From: an uncultured Pseudomonadota bacterium
Lineage (GTDB): Bacteria > BMS3Abin14
Direction: 5' to 3'
DNA length: 64,000 nucleotides
Assembly (NCBI GenBank): GCA_964454175.1
Contig: CAYVSA010000001.1
Location: forward strand, 22,170 to 86,169
The translations under genes and the position numbers were made by a program. Below the pieces are notes generated by a model. That model was not told the DNA's origin and made no database searches. It saw only the letters and a list, made by a program, of their open reading frames with translations. Shown piece after piece: positions 18,804 to 28,424 of the stretch (its first letter is position 1; each line of letters opens with the position of its first letter).

Positions 18804-21475
18804 TGGTCAAGATCGAAATTGACGGCCGTCAAGTTACTGTTAACGGCCACATCACCGTGCTGGAGGCTGCGAGCAAGCTCGGTATCTACATACCGACCTT
18901 CTGCCACCATCCAAGGCTCTCGGAGCTCGGCGCCTGCAGGATGTGCCTCGTGGAAGTGGAGGGCATGGGTAAACTGCAGACGGCCTGTACGCTTGCAGTT
19001 GCAGAGGGAATGGTGATCAGGACCAGCACTGACAGGGTGGAAAAATCCCGCCGCGCCATGCTCGAATTCCTGTTGATCAACCATCCACTGGAATGCACTG
19101 TGTGCGACGCTTCGGGAGAATGCACCCTCCAGGACTTCGCTTTCAAGTTCGGCAGCGCCGAGACGAGGTTCACCGAGAAAAAGAGGGTATTGCGCGACCA
19201 TATCATAAGCCCCCTCATCGACAGGAATCTGAACAGGTGCATCCAGTGCAAGCGGTGCGTTAGAATTTGTGACGAAGTTCAGGGCGTCACTGCCCTGGGT
19301 ATGTCCTACCGCGGGGCAAAGACTGTGGTGGGGCCATTTATGGAAAAATCACTGGACTGCGAATACTGCGGCCACTGCATATGGGCCTGCCCGGTGGGTG
19401 CCATCACTTCGCGGGTTATGAGACACAAGATCCGCACGTGGGAGATGGACAAGGCTGAGGCTATATGCGCGTTCTGCAGCTGCGGCTGCACGCTCACATA
19501 CAATCACAGGGACAACAGGGTCTACAAGGTCACCCACGCTGACGGCAGGGGTGTTAATCAGGGCAGTCTCTGCTCGAGGGGTTATTTCGGATATGATGTG
19601 ATAAACAGCCCGGAAAGGCTAACGACACCACTTGTCCGAAAAGATGGTGAACTGGTTCAGGCAACATGGGAGGAGGCCCTTGAGACCGTTGCATCCGCGC
19701 TGGGCAAAGCTGCCGGTGAGGGCGGTGAAAACGCGGTGGGAGGCATCGTATCAGCTCGGCTTACAAACGAGGAACTATATCTGTTTCAGAAGCTGATGAG
19801 ATCCTGCCTGTCCAGCAACTGTGTTGATGTGACCACCGGAGAGTGGAACAGAACAGTCCTTCCAGTACTTGAGGAAAGGCTGGGTGTCTTTGCTGCCACC
19901 AACTCCTTAGACGAGGTCACCTATGCTGACTCCCTCATCATAATCGGCTGCGACATTACGGTGGAAAACCCCATAACTGGTATAAAGGTGAAGTCGGCCA
20001 TCCACAGAGGGGGGTCGGTTTCCGAGATCAACCCCAGGAAAACAGCCCTGTCCCGCATGACAAAGAGGACCATGCTGGTTAGGCCCGGCAACGAACTTAC
20101 CCTGGTTAAGGGCTTGATCAGGGCGGTCTTTGACGAGGATCTGATCAGCCAGGAGGACGGGAGCACCTGCAGCAACCTGGATGAACTCAGGCTGTCGGTA
20201 TTAGACCAGGACCTGAAGTCGATCTCCGATGAAACAGGAGTGTCTCAGGAAGACATCACAGGCCTTGCCAGGGAGTTCATGGGGGCGCGCAGGGCGTCCA
20301 TAATATTCGGTGAGTCTGCTGTCATGACTGAGCAGGGTCCGGCTCTTATCAATGCACTTATCGACCTGCTCATGCTCACCGGGAAATTGGGTCAGGAGGG
20401 TTTCGGCCTGTATCCCGTAAACGGTACAGCCAATTTTCAGGGAGCAGTGGACATGGGGGTCGCGCCGGCTCACCTGCCTGGCCACGCCCCCCTTGCTGTA
20501 AAGGGCTCGGCTAAAATGCTGGCCGACGCATGGAAGTCCTCTATCCCGGAAGGCCAGGGTCTTTCGGCTCCACAGATGCTTAAGGCTGCAGTGGAAGGTT
20601 CCCTGAAAACGCTCTATGTAGTGGGTGTAGACATAACCGGTTCTTTCCCCGACAGTTCGATCGCAGAAAAGGCCCTGTCTAACCTGGATTTCCTTGTTGT
20701 GCAGGACCTTTTCCTCACGGATACAGCAAGGGCGGCAGATGTTGTTCTGCCCGCTGGCAGCCTGGCTGAAAAAAACGGCACCCTTACCAACGTGGAAAGG
20801 CGAATCCAGAGAACACGCAGGGCCATCGACGGGCTGGGGAAGTCCATGCCTGACTGGAGGATCTTTTCTGAACTCGGCGTAGCCCTGGGCCATATGGAAA
20901 TGAAATATGTGAATGCTGCAGAGGTGCTGGACGAGATCGCGCAGACCGTGCCCTACTACTCCGGCATCAACCATCGAATACTGGCAGATAATGGGCTCCA
21001 GTGGCCCTTCACCCAGGATGACGCCAGGGAAGTTTACCATGAAGGTTATCTCGGGACCCGCCACCTCCTTTCAGGAGGAGTCGCTGACAGTCTCAGGTCA
21101 TTTGCAGCCGTGAAATCCTGGGGCAAAGTGCCAGCGAACGCCGATTATCCCTATACCCTGGTCACAGGAGATCTCCTGTCCCATTCGGGCACCTTCACGC
21201 GCTACTCTGAATCGTTGAACAAGATAGACTCTGAAGGTGCTGTCGTTATGAATCCGGAAACCGGGGCCAGCCTGGGCATAGATGATGGAGGAAAAGCCAG
21301 GGTTGTTTCGGCCCATGGTGAACTAACTGTAAAGACCATTTATTCAGAAGACCTCATGGAGGATATTTTCTTCCTTCCGAAACATTTTGCCGACGTACCT
21401 GCAGGCAGGTTGATGAGTGCGTCGGGAAACGGCAGCGAGACTGCTGTTGTGCAGGTACGCGTGGAAAGAGCGTGA
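18800..21475 (+). CDS. nuoG: NADH-quinone oxidoreductase subunit G (copy 1)
   Basis: GACRMC, HPLECTVC, CIQCKRC, CEYCGHC...CP and CAFCSCGC Fe-S motifs; molybdopterin-fold body without a Mo ligand. Confidence 0.88.
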   Translation: MMVKIEIDGRQVTVNGHITVLEAASKLGIYIPTFCHHPRLSELGACRMCLVEVEGMGKLQTACTLAVAEGMVIRTSTDRVEKSRRAMLEFLLINHPLECTVCDASGECTLQDFAFKFGSAETRFTEKKRVLRDHIISPLIDRNLNRCIQCKRCVRICDEVQGVTALGMSYRGAKTVVGPFMEKSLDCEYCGHCIWACPVGAITSRVMRHKIRTWEMDKAEAICAFCSCGCTLTYNHRDNRVYKVTHADGRGVNQGSLCSRGYFGYDVINSPERLTTPLVRKDGELVQATWEEALETVASALGKAAGEGGENAVGGIVSARLTNEELYLFQKLMRSCLSSNCVDVTTGEWNRTVLPVLEERLGVFAATNSLDEVTYADSLIIIGCDITVENPITGIKVKSAIHRGGSVSEINPRKTALSRMTKRTMLVRPGNELTLVKGLIRAVFDEDLISQEDGSTCSNLDELRLSVLDQDLKSISDETGVSQEDITGLAREFMGARRASIIFGESAVMTEQGPALINALIDLLMLTGKLGQEGFGLYPVNGTANFQGAVDMGVAPAHLPGHAPLAVKGSAKMLADAWKSSIPEGQGLSAPQMLKAAVEGSLKTLYVVGVDITGSFPDSSIAEKALSNLDFLVVQDLFLTDTARAADVVLPAGSLAEKNGTLTNVERRIQRTRRAIDGLGKSMPDWRIFSELGVALGHMEMKYVNAAEVLDEIAQTVPYYSGINHRILADNGLQWPFTQDDAREVYHEGYLGTRHLLSGGVADSLRSFAAVKSWGKVPANADYPYTLVTGDLLSHSGTFTRYSESLNKIDSEGAVVMNPETGASLGIDDGGKARVVSAHGELTVKTIYSEDLMEDIFFLPKHFADVPAGRLMSASGNGSETAVVQVRVERA

Positions 21476-21488
21476 GGAGGTATAGACG

Positions 21489-21956
21489 ATGATCGATATC
21501 AGCCAGCTCAAGGCAATATCCTCCCTTGAAGGAGTGTCAGAGGACGCACTGTCGGAATTGGCCAGGGTAATGCAGAAGAGGGTCTACAAAGACTCTGACC
21601 CTATTTTTAACGAGAACACCGAAGGCGGTGACCTTTATCTCGTGGGCGAGGGATCCGTGAAGTTGGAGAAAAGGGCAAAAGAGGGAGAGGCCCAGAGCCT
21701 GTCAGTGGTTCGTGCCGGCGATTTCCTCGGGATAATGACCTTCCTTGTGGGCGGCAAGCACTCTGCAAGCGCCGTGGCCCATGACGACTGCACACTTTAC
21801 GTCCTGGACAAGGCCTCTTTTGATGCTTTCGTTGAAAAGTTCCCGGCCGATGCCAACAGCATCTTCATGATATTTATAGAACGGCTCATCGAATCAGTCA
21901 GAAGCATGTATGAGCGGTACATCGATATGGTCAACTACATGTGGAGGTGGCGGTGA
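21489..21956 (+). CDS. Stand-alone cyclic-nucleotide-binding domain protein
   Basis: IFNENTEGGDLYLVGEGSVKL...GDFLG...SASAVA fits the CNB beta-barrel; no HTH; RBS GAGGAGG. Confidence 0.85.
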   Translation: MIDISQLKAISSLEGVSEDALSELARVMQKRVYKDSDPIFNENTEGGDLYLVGEGSVKLEKRAKEGEAQSLSVVRAGDFLGIMTFLVGGKHSASAVAHDDCTLYVLDKASFDAFVEKFPADANSIFMIFIERLIESVRSMYERYIDMVNYMWRWR

Positions 21957-22474
21957 ACCCTGAGGAAATTGAGGGATACGAGGAAGAAGAAGAGCTCGAT
22001 CTTTCTCCCGTCAATGACATACTGAGTGACCTGGGCGACGCGAAGGGGATGCTGATCCCGCTTCTGCAGGAAGTCCAGAAGGTTTTCGGGTATGTACCTG
22101 AAGACGCCGCCAATATGGTTGCCGATGGGCTGGGCCTTTACCGCAGCCAGGTCTATGGTGTTCTGACATTTTATACGCAGTTCCACCTGAGCCCCAGGGG
22201 ACGGCATATCATACGCGCATGTTCCGGGACTGCCTGCCACGTCAGGGGCGGTAAGAGCGTTATTGCCAGGCTGGAGAATCTCCTGGAGATCGAACATGGA
22301 GAGACCACAGAAGACGGGCTTGCTTCCTTTGAAAAAGTTGCCTGCCTCGGGGCGTGCGGTCTCGCCCCGGTGATCATGATAGACAACGATGCCTTCGGAC
22401 AGGTGGATCCAACAAAGACCGAGCGGATAATCGAGAACCTGCGCGAGGTGTCCGGCACACAGAAAAGTGATTGA
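21953..22474 (+). CDS. nuoE: Second NuoE/HydC-like [2Fe-2S] subunit
   Basis: LIPLLQEVQ..FGY, CSGTACH...CLGAC; probable GTG start 21953 overlapping the upstream stop (GTGA), with RBS GGAGG. Confidence 0.9.
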   Translation: MNPEEIEGYEEEEELDLSPVNDILSDLGDAKGMLIPLLQEVQKVFGYVPEDAANMVADGLGLYRSQVYGVLTFYTQFHLSPRGRHIIRACSGTACHVRGGKSVIARLENLLEIEHGETTEDGLASFEKVACLGACGLAPVIMIDNDAFGQVDPTKTERIIENLREVSGTQKSD

Positions 22475-22504
22475 TCGGCCGTAACAGGGAGGGCCGAAAG
22501 AGAT

Positions 22505-25500
22505 ATGTCTAAAAGTTCAAACGATAAACTGATCGTACTGGGAATGGGCACATGCGGCCTGGCTTCCGGCGCGCGTGGAGTCCTCTCCCAGGTTGAAGAG
22601 GAACTTACCAGCCTCAAGCTGGATGTGCCTATCCTTAAGACCGGCTGCATAGGGATGTGCTACCAGGAGGTTCTCCTGGACGTGTCACTCCCTGGCCGTA
22701 CCAGGGTCACCTACGCCAAAGTTCAGCCCGAGATGGTCTCAAAGATCATTGAAAGCCATGTCGTAAAGGGAAAACCCGTAAACGATTACGCCATCGGGCA
22801 GATACAGCAGAACGGTGAAAAGGCGTATAAGGGCATCCCGACTTACGACGAGATGGATTTCTTCGCGAAGCAAAAGCGGATCGTTCTTCGGCGCTGTGGA
22901 TTCATCGACCCTGACAAGATCGAGGATTACCTTGACACAGATGGTTACAAGGCCGCGGAAAAGGCCCTGACAACGCTATCGCCGACCGTGATCAGGGAGA
23001 TCGTCAAGAAGGCTGGCCTGAGGGGCCGCGGCGGAGGCGGATTCCCCACCGGTCTCAAGTGGGAGTTCTGCGCCACGGCGGCAGGGGAACCGAAGTACCT
23101 CATCTGTAACGCGGATGAGGGTGATCCGGGCGCCTTTATGGACAGGAGCGTTCTGGAAGGTGACCCGCACGCGCTGCTGGAGGGAATGATCATTGCGGCC
23201 TATGCTATCGGCGCAGAATACGGCTATATTTACTGCCGCGCAGAGTATCCCCTGGCGATCGAGAGACTGGGAACCGCTATTGCCCGGGCCGAGGAAAAAG
23301 GATTCCTGGGAAAGAATATATTCGGTACTGACTTTTCCTTTACCCTCAGGATCAAGGAGGGCGCCGGAGCTTTCGTCTGCGGCGAGGAAACTGCTCTCAT
23401 GGCGTCCATCGAGGGTAAACGGGGCATGCCCCGATCGAGACCGCCTTTCCCTGCTCATAAAGGTCTCTGGGGTAAACCTTCCAACATCAACAACGTCGAG
23501 ACTTTTGCCTGTGTCGCCCCCATCATCCTTGGAGGCGCTGACAGTTATTCCTCGATCGGGACCGAAGGCACCAAGGGCACGAAAGTTTTCGCCCTTACCG
23601 GAAAGATCAATAACACGGGGCTGATCGAGGTCCCCGCCGGTACCCAGCTAAAGGAGATAATTTACGATATCGGGGGCGGTATTGTTGGTGGAGGCAAGTT
23701 CAAAGCCGCCCAGCTCGGGGGCCCTTCAGGAGGCTGCCTGCCCGCCGAGATCGTTGAAACACCCATCGATTACGATTCACTGATCGAAGCCGGAGCCATG
23801 ATGGGTTCGGGCGGCGTAGTTATAATGGACGAGCGGACTTGCATGGTGGACGTTGCCAGGTTCTTTTTGAACTTCACAACTTCCGAGTCCTGCGGGAAAT
23901 GTGTGCCCTGCCGCCTTGGGACCAAGACAATGCTCAGCATCCTGGAGCGTATCACCGCTGGCAAAGGTACCATGCAGGACCTTGTCAACCTGGAGGAGAT
24001 GGGTGCACAGATAAAGACTACTTCCCTGTGCGGTCTGGGACAGACTGCCCCGAACCCGGTACTTTCCACCATCAGGTACTTCAGACACGAGTACGAGGCC
24101 CACATATTAAACAAGAGATGCCCCGCGGTAGTTTGCAAGGAGGTCATCTCATCACCGTGCCAGCATGTATGCCCTATCGAGACGGATGTTCCAGCATATG
24201 TAACCCTTATCGGGCAGGGGAAATTCACGGCCGCTCTTGATCTCATCCGCATGACCAATCCCCTCCCGGCTGTCTGCGGCAGGGTCTGCCATCATCCGTG
24301 CGAAAGCAAGTGCAGACGCGGAGAACTGGACAGGCCTATCAGCATCAGAAACCTCAAGAGGGTAGCCTCCGATAACGCTGCCGCCGATGCTGCCACCGGA
24401 AAGTACCAGATCAAGTCAAAGAAGATCTCCGGCAAGGGAAAGAAGGTCGCTATCATCGGGGGCGGGCCTTCCGGTCTCACGGCAGCCCACTTCCTCGCAC
24501 TCAAGGATTTTTCCCCTGTCATTTTCGAAAAACAGAGGGTAGCGGGCGGCATGCTTATGCTGGGAATACCTGAGTACCGCCTGCCGAGACAGACACTGAA
24601 CCATGAGATCAGGGCAATCGAAGATATGGGTGTCCAGATCCATTACAGCACCCCGGTGGGCGAGGCTGTCTCCTTCGATCAGCTCAGGATGGATCATGAA
24701 GCTGTATTTATTGCATCCGGTGCCCACGTCGATCTCAAGATGGGCATACCAGGTGAGGATTCCGAAGGGGTGTATGAAAGCCTCAGCTTCCTCAGAAGGG
24801 TTAACCTGGGAGAAGAAGTGGCACTGGGAAACAAGGTTGCAGTCGTTGGTGGAGGCAATACCGCCATTGACGCATCGAGGATCGCCAGGCGCCTGGGTGC
24901 TGACGTGACGATCCTCTACAGGAGAACGCAAAATGAAATGCCCGCTGATGACATGGAGATCCATGAGGCTCTCCTGGAGGGTATAGAGCTGGAAACGCTC
25001 GTGGCCCCGGTGAAGGTACTTTCGTCCGGCGGGAAAATGACTGGCGCCACCTGTATCAGGATGGAACTTGGCGAGCCTGATTCTTCCGGAAGACGAAGGC
25101 CGGTTCCCATAGAGGGGTCCGAGTTTGACATTCACCTCGACAACCTGATCGTTGCAGTTTCAGGCAAGCCCGACCTTTCATACCTCACCGACAAACACGG
25201 GATAGGACTTTCCAGGTGGGATACGGTGGATGTTCACCCCTACACGCAGATGACCAACGTGGAAGGCGTGTTTGCCGGGGGCGACGTGGTTACAGGCCCA
25301 TGGATGGTCATAGATGCAATTGCAGCCGGCAAGAGGGCGGCAGCACACATGGAGCTGTTCTTAAACGGGGAGGAAGTTGCCCCATTGTACGATGTCACAA
25401 AACCCAATATCTCGGGAATAGAGGCAATTGAGCTTACGGATGAGGACATGACCCTTACGAGGCCTGACATGCCCACACTCGAAGTTGTCAAGAGGTTAAA

Positions 25501-25588
25501 GGACTTCGCTGAGGTTGAACTGGGTTTTTCCAAAGAAGAGGCTATGAAAGAGGCCAGGCGCTGCCTGCGCTGTGACATTTCTGATTAA
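22505..25588 (+). CDS. NuoF/HydB-like flavoprotein fused to a GltD/NfnB-like NADPH-FAD oxidoreductase
   Basis: N-terminal thioredoxin-like domain (GTCG, GCIGMC); NuoF core; then PCQHVCP, CGRVCHHPCESKC, GGGPSG, GGGNTA, YRR, GVFAGGD and EARRCLRC. Confidence 0.9.
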   Translation: MSKSSNDKLIVLGMGTCGLASGARGVLSQVEEELTSLKLDVPILKTGCIGMCYQEVLLDVSLPGRTRVTYAKVQPEMVSKIIESHVVKGKPVNDYAIGQIQQNGEKAYKGIPTYDEMDFFAKQKRIVLRRCGFIDPDKIEDYLDTDGYKAAEKALTTLSPTVIREIVKKAGLRGRGGGGFPTGLKWEFCATAAGEPKYLICNADEGDPGAFMDRSVLEGDPHALLEGMIIAAYAIGAEYGYIYCRAEYPLAIERLGTAIARAEEKGFLGKNIFGTDFSFTLRIKEGAGAFVCGEETALMASIEGKRGMPRSRPPFPAHKGLWGKPSNINNVETFACVAPIILGGADSYSSIGTEGTKGTKVFALTGKINNTGLIEVPAGTQLKEIIYDIGGGIVGGGKFKAAQLGGPSGGCLPAEIVETPIDYDSLIEAGAMMGSGGVVIMDERTCMVDVARFFLNFTTSESCGKCVPCRLGTKTMLSILERITAGKGTMQDLVNLEEMGAQIKTTSLCGLGQTAPNPVLSTIRYFRHEYEAHILNKRCPAVVCKEVISSPCQHVCPIETDVPAYVTLIGQGKFTAALDLIRMTNPLPAVCGRVCHHPCESKCRRGELDRPISIRNLKRVASDNAAADAATGKYQIKSKKISGKGKKVAIIGGGPSGLTAAHFLALKDFSPVIFEKQRVAGGMLMLGIPEYRLPRQTLNHEIRAIEDMGVQIHYSTPVGEAVSFDQLRMDHEAVFIASGAHVDLKMGIPGEDSEGVYESLSFLRRVNLGEEVALGNKVAVVGGGNTAIDASRIARRLGADVTILYRRTQNEMPADDMEIHEALLEGIELETLVAPVKVLSSGGKMTGATCIRMELGEPDSSGRRRPVPIEGSEFDIHLDNLIVAVSGKPDLSYLTDKHGIGLSRWDTVDVHPYTQMTNVEGVFAGGDVVTGPWMVIDAIAAGKRAAAHMELFLNGEEVAPLYDVTKPNISGIEAIELTDEDMTLTRPDMPTLEVVKRLKDFAEVELGFSKEEAMKEARRCLRCDISD

Positions 25589-25636
25589 CGGGAGCAGCCT
25601 GCGTTAAAGCAGTTAATGAGGAGTAGGGAAAAGAGC

Positions 25637-28420
25637 ATGTTCAACGTCATCGTAGACGGCAGACCGGTAAGCGTACCCAGGGGCTCAACGATCCTGGAGG
25701 CAGCCAGGAAACTGGAAATCGAAATTCCGACTTTCTGCGACCACAAGCACCTGTTCCCATACGGATCGTGCCGTATGTGTGTTGTTGAGCTTGAGGGCTC
25801 AGACAGGCTGTTTGCCTCCTGTGTTACGCCGGTTACCGACAAGATGGAGATATATACTGACACTGCCAGGGTCAAGGCGGCAAGAGAGACTGTGCTTGAG
25901 CTTCTCCTGACCTATCATCCCCTGGAGTGTCCCGTGTGCCCTCAGTCGGGCCGCTGCATGCTGCAGGACATGACCTTTGAGCACGGGAAGGACAGCGGCA
26001 GGTTCGGCTCGGTGGGCGTTGACAAGAGAATTGACTACCTCTCGCCTCTAATAGAGATGAACCAGAACAGGTGCATTCTCTGCGGAAGATGCGTGAGAAT
26101 ATGCGATGAGGTTCAGGGCGAGGGGGAGCTGGATTTTGTGAATCGCGGGTTCCCCACTGTGGTTGAACCGTCCTTTGAAAGGCCGATGGATTGTGAATTC
26201 TGCGGCCAGTGTGTACAGGCCTGCCCCGTGGGCTCGCTGTACAGCAGAATCTACAAGCACACGGCCCCATCGTGGGAACTGACTCCGGTAAGGACTACAT
26301 GCCCCTTCTGCGGCGTAGGCTGCACCCTCAATCTTGAGGTCAAGGGGGATCATATCTATCACGTACTGGGAGTGGATGACGAGGGCTCCAATAACGATGG
26401 GAACCTGTGCTGTAAAGGCAGGTTCGGATACGAATACGTCCATAGCCCAGAGAGAATAATGCAGCCAATGGTGCGCAAGGGCGAAGACCTCGAACCCGCA
26501 ACGTGGGAAGAGGCCTACGATCGCATCAAAGAGGGCTTCGGCCGGATTCGTGACGAGCACGGACCGGATGCCCTTGGCGGTATAGCATCCGCAAGGTGCA
26601 CTAACGAAGAAAATTATCTCTTCCAGAAGTTCATGAGAGCCGCGATAGGAACAAATAACATTGACTCTGTTGCCAGATTTGGCCACTTCCCCGGGATGGA
26701 GGCACTGCTAAAAGCTTTCGGCGTCGGGGCACCCACCAACTCCCTGGCAGACCTGGCACACACTGATCTGATTTTTGCCATCGATTCCAACATCACTGAA
26801 GACGACCATGTGGCGGGGTTGAAGGTTCTCAAACGGGTTCGCTACGGTGGGGCTCAGCTTATTGTTGCCAATAGCCGCAAGATCAAACTTACAAAATTTT
26901 CAGATGCCTGGATGAGGCACAGGCCCGGTTCCAGTGTGGCACTGTTAAATTCGATGGCGTGGGTTGTTCTGGAGGAGGGGCTGGAAGATGAGGAGTTCTG
27001 CCGCAAGAGGGTTGGCGGAATAGATGATCTGAGAGCTTTTCTCAAAGACTACGCGCCTGAAAAGACGGCCGCCATTACTGGTGTGGCCGCAGAAGCAGTG
27101 CGGGAAGCCGCCAGGGCCATCGCTTCCTCCGCGAACGTCACCATACTGCTCACCCTCGGCGGTGCGAGCCCATACACCGGGGAAGACACCGTTGCAGCAG
27201 CAGCCAACCTCGCTCTCATTACCGGCAACGTTGGCCGCCAGGGCGCGGGGATAATTCCCTTGTCCGAGTACAACAATGTTCAGGGCTCCATGGATGTGGG
27301 GGCCCTCGCCCAGTTCCTGCCCGGTTACCAGAGCGTTACAGATAGCGGAATAAGATCCTGGTTCGAGGAGACCTGGGGAGTTGACCTGCCCGGGAAGCCT
27401 GGGCTTGAAGCTATGGAGATGTTTGCCGCGGCGAAAGAGGGAAAACTCCGCGGGCTGTACATAATGGGGGAGAACCCGCTCTCTGCATTCCCGGACAGGG
27501 AGTCGGTGATCGACGGTCTTTCAAGCCTGGACTTTCTTGTGGTTCAGGACATGTTCCTGACGCAGACAGCCCTCTTTGCCGACGTGGTATTGCCCACCTC
27601 TGGCGGGCCGGAAAAGAACGGTACCTTCACCAACACCGATCGCAGGGTCCAGAGGGTGCGAAAGGCGATCAAGTCGCCGGGAGATACCAGGGACGACTGG
27701 AGGATCCTTACCGATCTCTCCGCGGCGATGGGGTATCCTGCCGAATATGCCGATGTTATGGAGATCACGGAAGAGATTGCAAGCGTGGTTCCTTTCTACG
27801 CCGGGATAACGCCTGAAAGGCTTGAGGGAAACGGCCTGCACTGGCCCTGTCCCAGGGAGGATCACCCCGGGACGGATTTTCTTCATGAGAACAGATTCCC
27901 TTCAGGGCTTGGCCGCACTCGCGCAATTGACGGCAGGCTCCAGAAGAAATCCTCTGCGAACTACCCTTTCCTGCTGGTGCCGGGCCTTCTCCTGTACCAC
28001 TCCGGGACGACCACCACGAGAGCTAAAGGTCTCAACGAAGTTGCTCCTATCGCCCTTGCGGAGATAAACCCCGAAGACGCCCGGAAGCTGGACGTAAAAT
28101 CCGGAGACTGGGTAAAGCTCACCAGTCTGAGAGGTATGGTGGACATAAAAGTTCTCGTCACGGATAAGACTATGGAAGGGACGATCTTCGCACCCACTCA
28201 CTACCACGGCACACCTGTCAATGCCCTGCTGACTTACGACCACGTGAACGAGAATGCCGTCACAAGCGTCTCCGTGGAGAGGATCGAGAAGAGATTAGAA
28301 GATGAGAGAACAGAGCCGGTGGAAGGACAGGTAACCAGGCTGAAGAAGATCGTTAAGGATATACAGAAGAAGAGGCAAAGAGCCCACCATGGACAGGGCT
28401 CCGACGCCTCGGGAGGATGA
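25637..28420 (+). CDS. Second NuoG / formate-dehydrogenase-alpha-like (SfrA-like) protein, probably Mo-free
   Basis: Full set of NuoG Fe-S motifs and an FdhA-like body; active-site segment reads NNIDSVARFGH, with no Cys or Sec. Confidence 0.85.
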   Translation: MFNVIVDGRPVSVPRGSTILEAARKLEIEIPTFCDHKHLFPYGSCRMCVVELEGSDRLFASCVTPVTDKMEIYTDTARVKAARETVLELLLTYHPLECPVCPQSGRCMLQDMTFEHGKDSGRFGSVGVDKRIDYLSPLIEMNQNRCILCGRCVRICDEVQGEGELDFVNRGFPTVVEPSFERPMDCEFCGQCVQACPVGSLYSRIYKHTAPSWELTPVRTTCPFCGVGCTLNLEVKGDHIYHVLGVDDEGSNNDGNLCCKGRFGYEYVHSPERIMQPMVRKGEDLEPATWEEAYDRIKEGFGRIRDEHGPDALGGIASARCTNEENYLFQKFMRAAIGTNNIDSVARFGHFPGMEALLKAFGVGAPTNSLADLAHTDLIFAIDSNITEDDHVAGLKVLKRVRYGGAQLIVANSRKIKLTKFSDAWMRHRPGSSVALLNSMAWVVLEEGLEDEEFCRKRVGGIDDLRAFLKDYAPEKTAAITGVAAEAVREAARAIASSANVTILLTLGGASPYTGEDTVAAAANLALITGNVGRQGAGIIPLSEYNNVQGSMDVGALAQFLPGYQSVTDSGIRSWFEETWGVDLPGKPGLEAMEMFAAAKEGKLRGLYIMGENPLSAFPDRESVIDGLSSLDFLVVQDMFLTQTALFADVVLPTSGGPEKNGTFTNTDRRVQRVRKAIKSPGDTRDDWRILTDLSAAMGYPAEYADVMEITEEIASVVPFYAGITPERLEGNGLHWPCPREDHPGTDFLHENRFPSGLGRTRAIDGRLQKKSSANYPFLLVPGLLLYHSGTTTTRAKGLNEVAPIALAEINPEDARKLDVKSGDWVKLTSLRGMVDIKVLVTDKTMEGTIFAPTHYHGTPVNALLTYDHVNENAVTSVSVERIEKRLEDERTEPVEGQVTRLKKIVKDIQKKRQRAHHGQGSDASGG

Positions 28421-28424
28421 TGAG

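Noticed and set aside
26655-26700. Selenocysteine formate dehydrogenase
   Set aside because: No in-frame TGA; the ligand position is a Gly codon
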